Assembly: GCA_958296135.2 (NCBI GenBank)
Contig: CATQHZ020000001.1
Coordinates: 4,832,001 to 4,896,000 of the forward strand
Reading direction: 5' to 3'
Origin: an uncultured Poribacteria bacterium
GTDB taxonomy: Bacteria; Poribacteria; WGA-4E; WGA-3G
DNA length: 64,000 nucleotides
The notes under the pieces were generated by a model, which worked only from the letters and a program-made list of their open reading frames with translations, made no database searches and was not told the DNA's origin. The translations under genes were made by a program, and so were the position numbers. Shown here one piece after another: positions 40,276 through 50,752 of this stretch. Position 1 is the first letter of the stretch. Every line of letters starts with the position of its first letter.

Positions 40276-40980
40276 ATGAAGCAGGACTTGCACGAACCTG
40301 TCCGCCTCAAAGCAGAGCAGGTGTTTGAGGATTCACCCAGTCTGATGTCCGTTGACAGAGTTCACTGGTTCCTCGCTCTTTTCGATGAACTCGGCGTTGA
40401 AGTCTGGCTCGACGGTGGATGGGGTGTTGATGCCCTACTCGGTAAATGCACGCGTAACCACGGAGATCTGGACATTATGATTTCGTGGCCAGATTCAGTC
40501 CCGTTGATTGAAGCACTCTTCGCGCATGGCTTCGTTCACATCTATACCGATGACCGGAAAGAGCGAAACTTCGTGATGGGGCATCGGGCGCACGGCCTAA
40601 TTGACTTTCATGTCATCGAACGGACAGAGGGAGGCGGGGGTGTCTATGGGCCCGGGGAGATTGACTGGGTTATCGATGCATCGGAACTGAACGCTGTCGG
40701 CTTTATTGAAGGAAGAAAAGTGCGATGCCTCTCGGTTGATTACCAGGTCCGCTCGCACACGGGATACACGTTGAAAGACACAGACTTCGCTGACCTGCAG
40801 GCATTGCAGGAAAGATACGGGGTCGCGTTGCTCCCTGAACAGATTCAGGACAGCGCAACTACGAAACAGGAAAATGATGATGAAGGAGGAGGAACGCATG
40901 CAAAATCTACCCCCATTCCCTGTCACCGTTGTCGGGAGTTTGCCACGCTCACGGGCGGTCGCGAGGGCATTGCGAAATAG
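40276..40980 (+). CDS. Nucleotidyltransferase, Lnu/ANT(2'')-like
   Basis: WLDGGWGVDALLG..TR.HGDLDI motif; HTGY. Confidence 0.82.
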   Translation: MKQDLHEPVRLKAEQVFEDSPSLMSVDRVHWFLALFDELGVEVWLDGGWGVDALLGKCTRNHGDLDIMISWPDSVPLIEALFAHGFVHIYTDDRKERNFVMGHRAHGLIDFHVIERTEGGGGVYGPGEIDWVIDASELNAVGFIEGRKVRCLSVDYQVRSHTGYTLKDTDFADLQALQERYGVALLPEQIQDSATTKQENDDEGGGTHAKSTPIPCHRCREFATLTGGREGIAK

Positions 40981-42076
40981 ACAGAAAGGCCGCATCGCAG
41001 ACACCGAATTTAATAGCATCGCAGACGCAGCCGTGCTCGAAAGCCTCAAACTGCAGGAAGCAAACGGCGTGGACATCGTCAGCGACGGTGAGCAACGCCG
41101 CGACAACTTTTATTCCTTCATCACCGATTCCATCGAAGGCATCCGGCTGATGACGCTGACGGAAATGCTCGATTACGTCGAGGATAAAGCCGCCTTTGAA
41201 CAGCTCCTCAACGCACTCGATGTTCCCGCGTTTGCGCTGAAAAATCCAGTGGTTGACGGGCTCGTGGTGCGCTTCGCGCCGTTCGCGTTGAACGACTACC
41301 TGTTCCTCAAGAAACACACGAAAAAACCGATCAAGGTTACGCTTCCCGGTCCCTATCTCCTAACCCGCTCAATGTGGGTAAAGCGGCTCTCCGCCCACAT
41401 CTACCCAGATAAGGAATCCCTTGGGAAAGATGTCGTCGCGGTGCTGCGGGAAGAGGTGAAGGCACTGCAAGAAGCAGGCTGTCAATTCATTCAGTTCGAT
41501 GAGCCAGTTTTGACAGAGGTTGCGTTCACGGGACCGCATGAAACGCACAGTTTTATGTGCGCCGCGCTCTCGGAGAAGAGCAGTCCGGAAGAGGAACTCG
41601 ATTTCGCAGTGGATTTAATCAATCGCGTCGTTGACGTATTGAATAGGAATAGGAACAAGAAAGTGAAGACCGCGGTGCATGTCTGCCGCGGCAATTGGAG
41701 TCAGGAAGAAGAGGTGCTGCTGCGCGGCTCCTATGATAGACTCATTCCCTATTTTAGCCGCATGAACGTCGATCAGTTCGTGTTGGAATACGCGACAGAA
41801 CGCGCCGGGAGCATCGATGTCCTCGGCGAACTGCCAGAGGACAAGGAAATCGGGCTCGGCGTTGTCGATCCCCGCACAACAGAGGTGGAATCGGTAGATT
41901 TCGTCTTAAACAAAGTCCGAGCACTGCTCAAGCATCGGAAGCCGGAGCAGATTTATCTGAACCCAGATTGCGGCTTCGGCACCTTCGCCGATCGCCCTGT
42001 CAACACAACAGACATCGCGGCGCGAAAACTGCAGGTTATCCATGAAGCCGCAGAGATATTGCGGGCGGAGGGATAA
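40898..42076 (+). CDS. Cobalamin-independent methionine synthase II family protein (core/short MetE-like)
   Basis: VGSLPR, DGEQRR, QFDEP, HVCRGN and NPDCGF zinc ligands. Confidence 0.9.
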   Translation: MQNLPPFPVTVVGSLPRSRAVARALRNRQKGRIADTEFNSIADAAVLESLKLQEANGVDIVSDGEQRRDNFYSFITDSIEGIRLMTLTEMLDYVEDKAAFEQLLNALDVPAFALKNPVVDGLVVRFAPFALNDYLFLKKHTKKPIKVTLPGPYLLTRSMWVKRLSAHIYPDKESLGKDVVAVLREEVKALQEAGCQFIQFDEPVLTEVAFTGPHETHSFMCAALSEKSSPEEELDFAVDLINRVVDVLNRNRNKKVKTAVHVCRGNWSQEEEVLLRGSYDRLIPYFSRMNVDQFVLEYATERAGSIDVLGELPEDKEIGLGVVDPRTTEVESVDFVLNKVRALLKHRKPEQIYLNPDCGFGTFADRPVNTTDIAARKLQVIHEAAEILRAEG

Positions 42077-42192
42077 ATGCGTAACGGGCGGATAGAGACA
42101 TCCGCCCGTTACAGTACCCGACACGGCGAGGGGAACCCTCGGCGATTCGCGCTCGCCGGGTTTTCCCTCGCCCTACGGACTCGGATAATTTG

Positions 42193-43155
42193 CTACCGAT
42201 TTAACCACCCCGGCAACGAGACACCCTCAGACAATCTCCACGCGGTGAGGTAGAGCGAAGCAGTCCAGCGCACCGCCTCACGTGCCCGCTCATTCCCAAA
42301 ATCGACGAGCGCAGGCGTTGGATTCCGATAATTTTCCAGTGCATCTTCTAAGTCATAGACGTTATCCACGAGGCTATGTCCCTCTTGAATCTGCTGGAAG
42401 ATAGCCGGAAGCAACGCCTCTAATGGCGCAACCTGCTGCTCCATCGCCAGATCGGTAACCTTCAGCCCAAGCCGTTCAATCAGCGCATCAACGTTCTCAT
42501 GGATGCCCGTGCCCGGCGACGAACCGTCCGGCTTCGCGCGCCCGTTGAAATGGACTGTCAGGTGCAACGGCTGACACATATCCTGGGCATAATGCGCAAC
42601 AAACCCCGCATAGACAAGACATTTGCTCTGAATTATGGGATTGTCCGGCCATTTGCGATGCTCCTGGAAGGCGATGGCGAGACGTTCCGTCCACTCTGCC
42701 AACGCATACGGTAGCGTCCCGACGCTGTGGTATGACGTTCCGAGTTTAGCACACAGCCGGATATGCTCCCCAAGGTTATCGGCGAACGGCCTGCCTTGCA
42801 GCAACTCCACGTCGAAATAGTGTTGTGGGGACTCCGCAGCACGGGCATTCGGCGCGCTACGGTTCCTCGCAAGATCCGGGTCATAGACACCGTGCGCAAT
42901 GGCTTTTTCGGCGAAGGCTGCACGGAAAAATTCGGGCACCTCTTCCGGCAGGGCTTTCACCGATGCCTGCGTGAGGATGTCGTGTCCACCGCCCCACCAA
43001 GCCCACGCAGGCGCAGTGAACGTGAGTAGGAATAGACATAAAATGGAGAACGTAGCATGGCGAGGAACAGGCCCTCGCCCTACAGCTAACGCGGAGTTCT
43101 CTACGGCATCGCGAGGGACAGGCCCCCGCCCTAAGGTATGATGGAAATGCTTCAT
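42193..43155 (-). CDS. Secreted S1/P1 nuclease or zinc phospholipase C-like protein
   Basis: AWA-WWGGGH mature start; HYFD and HYAQDMCQPLH motifs. Confidence 0.8.
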   Translation of the reverse strand: MKHFHHTLGRGPVPRDAVENSALAVGRGPVPRHATFSILCLFLLTFTAPAWAWWGGGHDILTQASVKALPEEVPEFFRAAFAEKAIAHGVYDPDLARNRSAPNARAAESPQHYFDVELLQGRPFADNLGEHIRLCAKLGTSYHSVGTLPYALAEWTERLAIAFQEHRKWPDNPIIQSKCLVYAGFVAHYAQDMCQPLHLTVHFNGRAKPDGSSPGTGIHENVDALIERLGLKVTDLAMEQQVAPLEALLPAIFQQIQEGHSLVDNVYDLEDALENYRNPTPALVDFGNERAREAVRWTASLYLTAWRLSEGVSLPGWLNR

Positions 43156-43170
43156 AAGTCTCCTCTGTCT

Positions 43171-44121
43171 TTATAGACTCAGGTATGCGGCGGAATTCGC
43201 TTCCTGCCACAGAAATTGGAGCGCCGCAGTCTCATGCGGCTTGAACGATTCGGCGACGGTGTCCACCACAGGGCCGACTATCTCAATCTTGTCCAGATCC
43301 GCGATGCCGTAGCCCATCTCGTTCGCATAGTGGAACAGCCCGATATCCAGCGGTTCAAACCCCATCGCCTTCGCGGTGACAGCATCCGCAGCGAACACGT
43401 CGGCACTCGCAACGGCGATGCCCAAGGGAACAGAATCGGTGCCGCCGGGGCCATTCCCTTGCAACCCAACCGTGCCATCAACGATAGCAATATCCGGCCG
43501 CAAGGGACGTGATAGCCGAAGCAGATTCATATTGAGCGTCTGCGCCTCGCGCGGCAGCACCCGGTCTGCATGGCTATGATACCCGTGCACCTTAATCCGG
43601 TCTGCCTTGTGCAGCGTCCCCATAATCATGTTCTTCATCGCGAGCGTCACCACGCCAGCATCGTGCGTTTTGGCAATCGCCACCGAAATCGTGCAGGGAC
43701 AATCCAACACCAGTTTCGGCATCCGGACGGTATCGGTTTCTCGGCCAGCAAGCAACACCTCCGCCTCTTCCCACTCAGTCTCCTCATGCAAATCGACGAG
43801 GCGGATGGGAATGTCATATTCCGCCTGCAGTGCCTCATAACCGAAGACCTGGAATGCTTCACCAGAGAATTTCTCATTCGCACCCTCGGCGATGATAACC
43901 TCGGTCGGTGGGCTCGGTGTGCTGAGCAAAAAATCCAACGCACCGCGTATCGCATCCACATGCGACGAGGCGAGCTGATTCGTGCTCGAGAGGAAATTCG
44001 GTTTCAACAGCACCCGCTCACGAACGCTCGGCGTGAGTGCCTCTCGGATATTGTCCATCGCCTCAAAAACGTTAGAACGTCGTCTGCCGGTTTTGGCAAG
44101 TCCGACTTTTGTAGGTTTCAT
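43171..44121 (-). CDS. DUF362 family protein
   Basis: LKPN, IAEG, KTH, KNMIMG and GNGP motifs. Confidence 0.85.
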   Translation of the reverse strand: MKPTKVGLAKTGRRRSNVFEAMDNIREALTPSVRERVLLKPNFLSSTNQLASSHVDAIRGALDFLLSTPSPPTEVIIAEGANEKFSGEAFQVFGYEALQAEYDIPIRLVDLHEETEWEEAEVLLAGRETDTVRMPKLVLDCPCTISVAIAKTHDAGVVTLAMKNMIMGTLHKADRIKVHGYHSHADRVLPREAQTLNMNLLRLSRPLRPDIAIVDGTVGLQGNGPGGTDSVPLGIAVASADVFAADAVTAKAMGFEPLDIGLFHYANEMGYGIADLDKIEIVGPVVDTVAESFKPHETAALQFLWQEANSAAYLSL

Positions 44122-44220
44122 AAGGTAGCTCCTTGATAGGCGGATCTGACTTTTCATAAGCCCGGCCGCCCTTTACCATATCGGGAAAACGGGCAGATAG
44201 AGACATCCGCCCTTACAATA

Positions 44221-45102
44221 CTACTCTGCTAAAATAGGGCGCAGAAACCCATCATGTTTGTCTAATAACGCGATGGCATCGGTTGCATTGAGCCCCTTCG
44301 CCAACATCGCAATGGCCACTTTTGCCTTGCCATCCGCCGCCGCTAAAGCAGCTTCGGCGCGTGTCGCATCAACACCCGTGACTTCCTGAACAATGCGGAT
44401 GCTCCTGTCTACCAGTTTGGCATTGGACGCATGCACATCTACCATGAGGTTGTCATAAACCTTGCCGATTTTCACCATTGAAATCGTCGTCAACCTGTTC
44501 AAAACGAGTTTTGTCGCGGTGCCGGCTTTCAACCGGGTAGAGCCGGTCAGAATTTCCGGTCCCACCATTGGCGCAATAAAATGAGTGACAAAAGCCTTCA
44601 AAGCGTCTGGCGGTGAGACACAACAGAGGCATATCGTCGTCGCGCCGATGGCGCGCGCTTCCTTTAAAGCCCCAATGACATAAGGCGTGCGCCCGCTACT
44701 CGCGATGCCTATCAACACATCTCGCGGCGTAAGCTGCCGCTCTCGGATGGCTGCTGCACCGCGTTCCGGTTTATCCTCTTCGCCTTCCACGGCGCGGCGT
44801 AAGGCGACATCGCCGCCAGCGATAAGTCCCTGCACCCTCTCCGAATCTGTGCTGAAAGTTGGTGGGCATTCGGATGCATCCAGCACGCCGAGTCGCCCGC
44901 TTGTTCCTGCACCGATGTAAAAGAGCCGTCCGCCGTGCCGAAAGGCGGATACGATTATTTCAACTGCTTGTGCAATTGCCTCAGATTCAGCCTCTACCGC
45001 GGCGACAGCTTTCCGGTCCTCCTCGTTAAAAAGTCGAACGATTTCTTGCGTTGACTTCAGGTCAAGGGCTGCTGAGTTCGGGTTACGTTGTTCTGTAAGC
45101 AT
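44221..45102 (-). CDS. murQ: N-acetylmuramic acid 6-phosphate etherase
   Basis: GAGTSGRLGVLDASECPPTF and GPEILTGSTRLKAGTA motifs. Confidence 0.96.
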   Translation of the reverse strand: MLTEQRNPNSAALDLKSTQEIVRLFNEEDRKAVAAVEAESEAIAQAVEIIVSAFRHGGRLFYIGAGTSGRLGVLDASECPPTFSTDSERVQGLIAGGDVALRRAVEGEEDKPERGAAAIRERQLTPRDVLIGIASSGRTPYVIGALKEARAIGATTICLCCVSPPDALKAFVTHFIAPMVGPEILTGSTRLKAGTATKLVLNRLTTISMVKIGKVYDNLMVDVHASNAKLVDRSIRIVQEVTGVDATRAEAALAAADGKAKVAIAMLAKGLNATDAIALLDKHDGFLRPILAE

Positions 45103-45995
45103 TAGATGATTCGCTGCTGTGCTAACAACACCGCGCCATACGCCGGTTCGTGTTCCGGGAGCATCACGGGGACTGCCAGCAGACCGCGGAGTTCTTCAAC
45201 AAACAGCTGTTGATGCACCAGATTCCCACCACTGAGAACGATATGAGGCTGTTCCATGAATCTTAACCGTTTCATCACCACCGCCGCCGCGCAGGCGAGT
45301 TCATCTGCCGAGACGGTGACAATCTGTCTGGCACACCTGTCTCCTGTTTCCGCCGCGCTGAATACAATTTCGGCGAGTTGCGCGATAACGTCTCGGCCCG
45401 CCGCATGCACCCAGCGGATGAGTTCACTTGGTGCATCCAAACCAAGTTTTTCAAGAACCAGAGCTGTTAATGCCGTCGGTTCGGCTCTGCCATCGGCGGC
45501 GCGTGCGACAGCTTGCAGCCCTTTCAAAGCGATGTCGTAACCGCTGCCCTCATCGCCGAGGAGGTATCCCCAGCCGCCGGCGCGTGCCTCTTCGCCCTGC
45601 GCGTTGATGCCGTAGACGATGGAGCCGGTGCCGGAGATGATAATTATCCCTTCCGGCTTCCCGATGCCGCCGACAAGGGCGATATGTGCATCGTGCGTGA
45701 GGACGCGGTTTTTTCCTAGTCCTAACGCATCACAAATTCGCCCGATGACACCCCGGTCCTCGGCGCGTCCTAAGCCTGCCATTCCTAAACAGAACGCGGT
45801 GTCGCTTGTCAACGGCAAACCAGCCTGATCAAAAAGGTTTGTGATCACCTCCGCCAAAACCTCCCGCGTCTTTTCTTCGCCGACGACGTGATAATTTGAA
45901 GGCCCGGCATCGGCGCGTGCGATGCGTTCGCCGGTTTCTGTCGTTAGGATGCCGACTGTTTTCGTGCCGCCGCCATCAATTCCGATGATGTGCAT
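45102..45995 (-). CDS. BadF-type N-acetylglucosamine/N-acetylmuramic acid kinase
   Basis: GIDGGGTKT, SGTGS and GGWGYLLGDEGSG motifs; adjacent to murQ. Confidence 0.9.
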   Translation of the reverse strand: MHIIGIDGGGTKTVGILTTETGERIARADAGPSNYHVVGEEKTREVLAEVITNLFDQAGLPLTSDTAFCLGMAGLGRAEDRGVIGRICDALGLGKNRVLTHDAHIALVGGIGKPEGIIIISGTGSIVYGINAQGEEARAGGWGYLLGDEGSGYDIALKGLQAVARAADGRAEPTALTALVLEKLGLDAPSELIRWVHAAGRDVIAQLAEIVFSAAETGDRCARQIVTVSADELACAAAVVMKRLRFMEQPHIVLSGGNLVHQQLFVEELRGLLAVPVMLPEHEPAYGAVLLAQQRII

Positions 45996-46100
45996 GATGT
46001 ATCCGAATCTGCCTCATGTACTCGTCATGCTTCCCAATCCAAAACCAGGATAAGCCCGCTTCAGCAGTCCGAGCCATCCCGCTCCTGAATCTTCGCTGTA
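45996..46100 (-). pseudogene. Possible C-terminal remnant of a RelE/ParE-like toxin
   Basis: WFWIGKHDEY motif without the N-terminal part. Confidence 0.4.
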
Positions 46101-46250
46101 TGAACCTGCGCCATTCGTTTATTGTACCGTTTAACAGACGCTTTGTCAAACAAATGGAAACCGCTTGACAATTTATTGCACTTTCTGCTATCATGTAGTT
46201 TATCATGACATCCGAATATAATGCAATCCAATTTGTGGAGGCACAGCGAA

Positions 46251-47219
46251 ATGGCGAAATTCAAAACAGGCTTTCAAACGAAAATCGTGCGCAAGCAATC
46301 GTTCCGGCTCGCATGCATCATTTTCTGCGGTAGCCTTGCGTTCTTAGGTTGCTCCGAAGATGCGGCGCAATTTGAGTGGAAACAACTCAAGAGCGGCACG
46401 GAAGCACATCTCTACGGGGTGCACTTCATCGATGCGAAGCGCGGATGGGCAGTCGGCACGGAAGGCGTTGTCTTGTCCACCAAGAACGGCGGGACGAGTT
46501 GGGCATCCACCTCCATTGCGAAAAGCGCGTTGACGCAGGTGCATTTCACAACGCCGAACAACGGCTGGATTGTTAGCATCGGAACGGTGCTTTATACCGG
46601 TAGCGGCGGCATCTCGTGGAGTGCACAAGGCGTGAACACAAAGAGTGGCCTTTTAGATTTGTATTTCGTCAGCACCACAGAGGGATGGGCAGTCGGTGGA
46701 AAAGGCACAATCCTCCATACGGAAAACGGCGGCCTCCGATGGGAACATCAGCGGCGTTCTTCTGAAAACCACCTGTGGGGTATCCATTTTGTCGATAACC
46801 TGCACGGATGGAGTGTCGGCGAAGAAGGAGAAGTGCTTCATACACAAAACGGCGGTAAACAGTGGATACCCCAACAAAGTGGTGTCGAGCAGCCGCTCTT
46901 CGCTGTCCATTTCGCAAACCTAACGCACGGCTGGATAGTCGGAACAAACGGGCTCATCCTCCAGACATCCAACGGTGGACAGACGTGGCATCAGCAGAAA
47001 AACCCTGTGAAACAGAACCTGCGCGATGTGGCATTTCACAATGAGACAGAGGGATGGGCAGTCGGCGAGAAGGGGCTCATCTTGCACACCACTGACGGTG
47101 GCACGACGTGGAGCCGTTATCCTTCGCCGGCACAATATAATTTGCAGAACATCTATTTCTTGAAAAATGCGGGGTGGATTGTCGGCGCGAACGGGACTAT
47201 GCTGCGGCGTTATTATTGA
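46251..47219 (+). CDS. YCF48-like beta-propeller lipoprotein
   Basis: Lipobox FLG-C; repeated GWAVG..G.IL.T.NGG..W. Confidence 0.9.
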   Translation: MAKFKTGFQTKIVRKQSFRLACIIFCGSLAFLGCSEDAAQFEWKQLKSGTEAHLYGVHFIDAKRGWAVGTEGVVLSTKNGGTSWASTSIAKSALTQVHFTTPNNGWIVSIGTVLYTGSGGISWSAQGVNTKSGLLDLYFVSTTEGWAVGGKGTILHTENGGLRWEHQRRSSENHLWGIHFVDNLHGWSVGEEGEVLHTQNGGKQWIPQQSGVEQPLFAVHFANLTHGWIVGTNGLILQTSNGGQTWHQQKNPVKQNLRDVAFHNETEGWAVGEKGLILHTTDGGTTWSRYPSPAQYNLQNIYFLKNAGWIVGANGTMLRRYY

Positions 47220-47278
47220 AACGAAATGGCACTTCTATGACGAAAAAAAGATTTGACTTTCGTTTCCTTTCAACGATG

Positions 47279-48100
47279 TCAGTGCCGTCTCCGAGGGCGA
47301 TGCGGACGTTTGCCTCGCGTTTTTTCACCCGCCGAGCCAGGGCGATGCACGGGCACACGTTTTTTCACGCCAGCCGAACGCAATGCCGTTCTCTTATCGG
47401 CCCGCGTCACGACACCTTTGAGCCCCGTATTCATCTCAAGGCGACTTGTGATACCGTCGGCGGCAACCCACACACGTGACGAATGCTGCTTCCTCTTCCG
47501 CTTCGCAACAGCTTGAACGACATCAAAGACTCGGAGCAGGCCCGCCTGTGCCAAATCGCCACCGCTCTCCTCCATCACAAAATGAAGCTCGGTTTTGACA
47601 GGCACAAGCGATGTCACCTCAAAGATGTGATAGTGCTGTTTCTCGCCGATATCCAGGGGATGCCGGCTGAGCAACTCGCTTATCCCTGTTGGCAGACAAA
47701 GCGAAAGCAAATCGGACGGCACGGCGACTTCACAGGAAGTCGTTTCGTTGGGCGAACCAGTCTTCCGCCGAGTCCCCCGCGCCGATGTGGTTTGCTTGAC
47801 ATGCGCAACGCCTTCCCTAACGTCCACTTCTATCTCCTCAAACACGTTTTGCTTCGTCTCCGTTTTGAGCGAGTGGCGCAATGTTAAATCCAAACCGGTG
47901 TACTCAACGTGGGTGACTTCACGGTTCACACCCGCTGTACTGACGGTAGCAGGCACCTGAAGGCGAACTACCCAATCGGTTTGACTCCGAATTGCAGCCT
48001 CACCTTGGTAATCCACCCGGTCAGCGACAGCATAGATATATCCGGCGGGGATTCCCATTATCGTGAGGGTATACCAATGTTCCTGAGGGTATTGTAGCAT
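47279..48100 (-). CDS. Hypothetical protein
   Basis: Long beta-rich ORF; start uncertain; low-complexity C-terminus. Confidence 0.5.
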   Translation of the reverse strand: MLQYPQEHWYTLTIMGIPAGYIYAVADRVDYQGEAAIRSQTDWVVRLQVPATVSTAGVNREVTHVEYTGLDLTLRHSLKTETKQNVFEEIEVDVREGVAHVKQTTSARGTRRKTGSPNETTSCEVAVPSDLLSLCLPTGISELLSRHPLDIGEKQHYHIFEVTSLVPVKTELHFVMEESGGDLAQAGLLRVFDVVQAVAKRKRKQHSSRVWVAADGITSRLEMNTGLKGVVTRADKRTALRSAGVKKRVPVHRPGSAGEKTRGKRPHRPRRRH

Positions 48101-48248
48101 GGTTTTGTCGCTCTCAGTTGCGTTGTTCAAGTGTCGTTCGGGCGAGCCCAAGCCCGAATAGGACAAACTCAGATGAAGATGAAGAAAATAAATAGGTAAT
48201 TTTCTGCGATGGATACGGGCGGATATAGAAATCCGCCCTGACAACGCC

Positions 48249-49304
48249 CTATTCAGTGCTGCGCGGGAGGGAGATAGAATTCGGGACGACGATTTCGCCT
48301 GAAATAATCTGCGCCTTCAACGCTTCAACGGTGGTTAAAATCTCGTCGGATAGCACGGGTTGGTTGTGTTCATCAACAGCATAGTCAACGCCGCCCTCGG
48401 CGACACCGAAGTATCGCACGCCCATCATCAGATTGCCTTCGGTGGCTTCACGGAGAACGCCGAACACCGAATCGCCAATTTGCTTCACCATGCTCGTCAA
48501 GACGAAGCCGGGGATGAGATGGTTGCCGTTGGAATCCACCCAAATCACATATTTTTCCGCACTCTTGGCGGCTCCAATAACACCCATCCCCGCACCGCCG
48601 GCAACAGCGTAAATGACATCAACGCCGTTTGCGTATTGGGCTAACGCCAACTCTTGCGCTTTGTCGGGCTGCCTGAACCCATCTGCCTCGAGGCTGATGT
48701 ATTCTATCGAAAGCGCGGCTTCGGGATTGACGGCCTGCACACCGGCGACGTAGCCAGCCTCAAATCCATGCAGTAACGGCACATCCGCGCCGCCGACATA
48801 GCCGATTTTCCCAGTCTCCGACTTTAACGCCGCAATAGCCCCAACGAGAAAAGAGCCTTCGTTTGCCTTATAGTTAATGGCAGCGACATTCGGTTCCTCC
48901 AGCACAACGTCGACAATCGCGAAGTGCACCTCGGGGAATTCCGGGGCCACGCGCGCGAGGGGCTCACCGGTTTGGTAGCCCGCCGTTAACACCATGTCCG
49001 AACTTTGCGCGGCTTCACGCAACTGCGCATCTAACAAGGAATCATCGTCATCCATTCCAAACACCTCGGTGAGCTGAATGCCGAGCTCCGCCTCGGCGCG
49101 CTTGGCACCACTCTGGATACTGTCGCAGTAAGAACCGTCGCCAATGCAATCGCCCGGATAAAGGACAGTCACGCGCAGCGGCGCGGTATCTGACTCGGTT
49201 GGCAACTCAGTGACGATAGTCTTCTGAATGGAGTCACACCCACAGATTAACAGGAGCGCTAACCCCAGAAAGAGGTATGTTCTGAAGATACAAAAAATTT
49301 TCAC
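48249..49304 (-). CDS. BMP family ABC substrate-binding lipoprotein
   Basis: Lipobox LICG-C; EGSFLVG, DVIYAVAG and TSMVK motifs. Confidence 0.9.
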   Translation of the reverse strand: MKIFCIFRTYLFLGLALLLICGCDSIQKTIVTELPTESDTAPLRVTVLYPGDCIGDGSYCDSIQSGAKRAEAELGIQLTEVFGMDDDDSLLDAQLREAAQSSDMVLTAGYQTGEPLARVAPEFPEVHFAIVDVVLEEPNVAAINYKANEGSFLVGAIAALKSETGKIGYVGGADVPLLHGFEAGYVAGVQAVNPEAALSIEYISLEADGFRQPDKAQELALAQYANGVDVIYAVAGGAGMGVIGAAKSAEKYVIWVDSNGNHLIPGFVLTSMVKQIGDSVFGVLREATEGNLMMGVRYFGVAEGGVDYAVDEHNQPVLSDEILTTVEALKAQIISGEIVVPNSISLPRSTE

Positions 49305-49424
49305 AATTTCTCCTTTCGCGACCGGCAGGTCGCGCTTACCATTTTTCAGGTAGCACCCATCTCTGCCGATTAAAATCAGGCGACTTTGAACAGCAGGGAC
49401 GAGATGCCTCAACGTAATTCGAGA

Positions 49425-49826
49425 TTACAAGGCTTTCCATACCTTGTCCAGCCATACGGAGAAGGTGATGAGAAGCCCACCGATGAGAACCACATTTCGG
49501 ATGCGGCGGGAACATTGGTGCCACGTCCGCCTTAACCACGTCGGAAAAAACGCCTGAACGAGTGCAAGGCCGACGAGGAAGAAAGAGAACGGATGATACT
49601 GCCACGCAGCGGCAAACTCCCCTTGCGTTAGCGAGAGGCATGCACGTGTCATGCCACATCCAGGACAAGGAATGGCTGTTAGCGCGTGAAACGGGCAAGG
49701 GACAAACGACAACTCTGCCGGTGAAACGCCCCGCAAGGCAACGAAGAATCCCACAGCGGCTAAGCCAATGAGGAACAAGCGTGCGAGATGGATGTCGTTC
49801 ATACAAGCCGGGCGAAACCGTAACAT
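49425..49826 (-). CDS. DUF2752 membrane protein
   Basis: CPF...PCPGCGMTRA motif. Confidence 0.85.
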   Translation of the reverse strand: MLRFRPACMNDIHLARLFLIGLAAVGFFVALRGVSPAELSFVPCPFHALTAIPCPGCGMTRACLSLTQGEFAAAWQYHPFSFFLVGLALVQAFFPTWLRRTWHQCSRRIRNVVLIGGLLITFSVWLDKVWKAL

Positions 49827-50200
49827 TATATGCCCTTATAGAGCTTGTTAATCTGCTCTTGCTGGATTGCGATTGAGGCGATGCCCAACCCAAAAATCGC
49901 TAGCAACACACAGACAGCCGGCAAACTCGCATTTACCCACATCCCGTTGTTCGCGCGAACCTCGTTGAGGCCATTCGCCATCTTGGACTCGTAGTAGAGC
50001 GCGTAGATGCCGACGGTGAAAATCGAGAAGAAGAACCACTTCCAAAAGGAAAACTCGTCTCTTCCCAACCACGCATTGAGCATCTTTATCTGTTTGCTTT
50101 GCCAATAGAGCATATAAATACCGCAAGTCATCAGCGTCAGCAAAATGCCAACCCCGATACTCCGCACCGCGGCGGACTCTGGATAAGGATAATCCTGCAT
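49826..50200 (-). CDS. DUF4234 membrane protein
   Basis: Duplicated LT.GIY..YW motif; Q..IN C-terminus. Confidence 0.8.
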   Translation of the reverse strand: MQDYPYPESAAVRSIGVGILLTLMTCGIYMLYWQSKQIKMLNAWLGRDEFSFWKWFFFSIFTVGIYALYYESKMANGLNEVRANNGMWVNASLPAVCVLLAIFGLGIASIAIQQEQINKLYKGI

Positions 50201-50247
50201 GACAATCTCCTTTCATATCATCGCGCCCTGAGAAAAATCAGCGCGAT

Positions 50248-50523
50248 TCAAGTGAAATATTTCCGAACCCGGTGCCAGCGCAACTGCCACAGCAATTGTC
50301 GCCGCCCGATACGATGGACAAAAAGCCGCTTCCCATCCATCTTAAGGACCGGAATCAGATTTTTATATTGCGTAAACAACCCAAGATTCCGGGTGATGTC
50401 AATCTCTTCAACCTCAAACCTCGGTGCCTTCGCCACGAGGCCTTGCAGCACTGATGTTGCTTCATCACACAGCGGGCAATCCGGTTTTGTGTAGAATTGG
50501 AGTTGGATTGGTTCCATCTTCAT
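50248..50523 (-). CDS. Glutaredoxin-like protein (DUF836)
   Basis: YTKPDCPLC...IPVL motif. Confidence 0.85.
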   Translation of the reverse strand: MKMEPIQLQFYTKPDCPLCDEATSVLQGLVAKAPRFEVEEIDITRNLGLFTQYKNLIPVLKMDGKRLFVHRIGRRQLLWQLRWHRVRKYFT

Positions 50524-50598
50524 GCTTTCAGTATCGCTAGGTTTCTGATTTGACTTTGCCTTTTATCTTAACATAAATCTATAAATTAATCAAACTTT

Positions 50599-50722
50599 TT
50601 CATTGACGTAATTTTTTTGGAACTTTTTGTGACTTATGGTGTATAATATTTTCGTAAGTTCATTGACGTAATTTTTTTGGAACTTTTTGTGACTTATGGT
50701 GTATAATATCTTCGTAAGTTCA
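50599..50722 (+). repeat. 60-bp tandem duplication of a promoter-like segment
   Basis: Two near-identical 60-mers, each with TATAAT and an imperfect dyad ACTTATG..CGTAAGT. Confidence 0.85.
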
Positions 50723-50752
50723 ATATCCCTTCTCTTTGAGGTTTGTGGAGCA

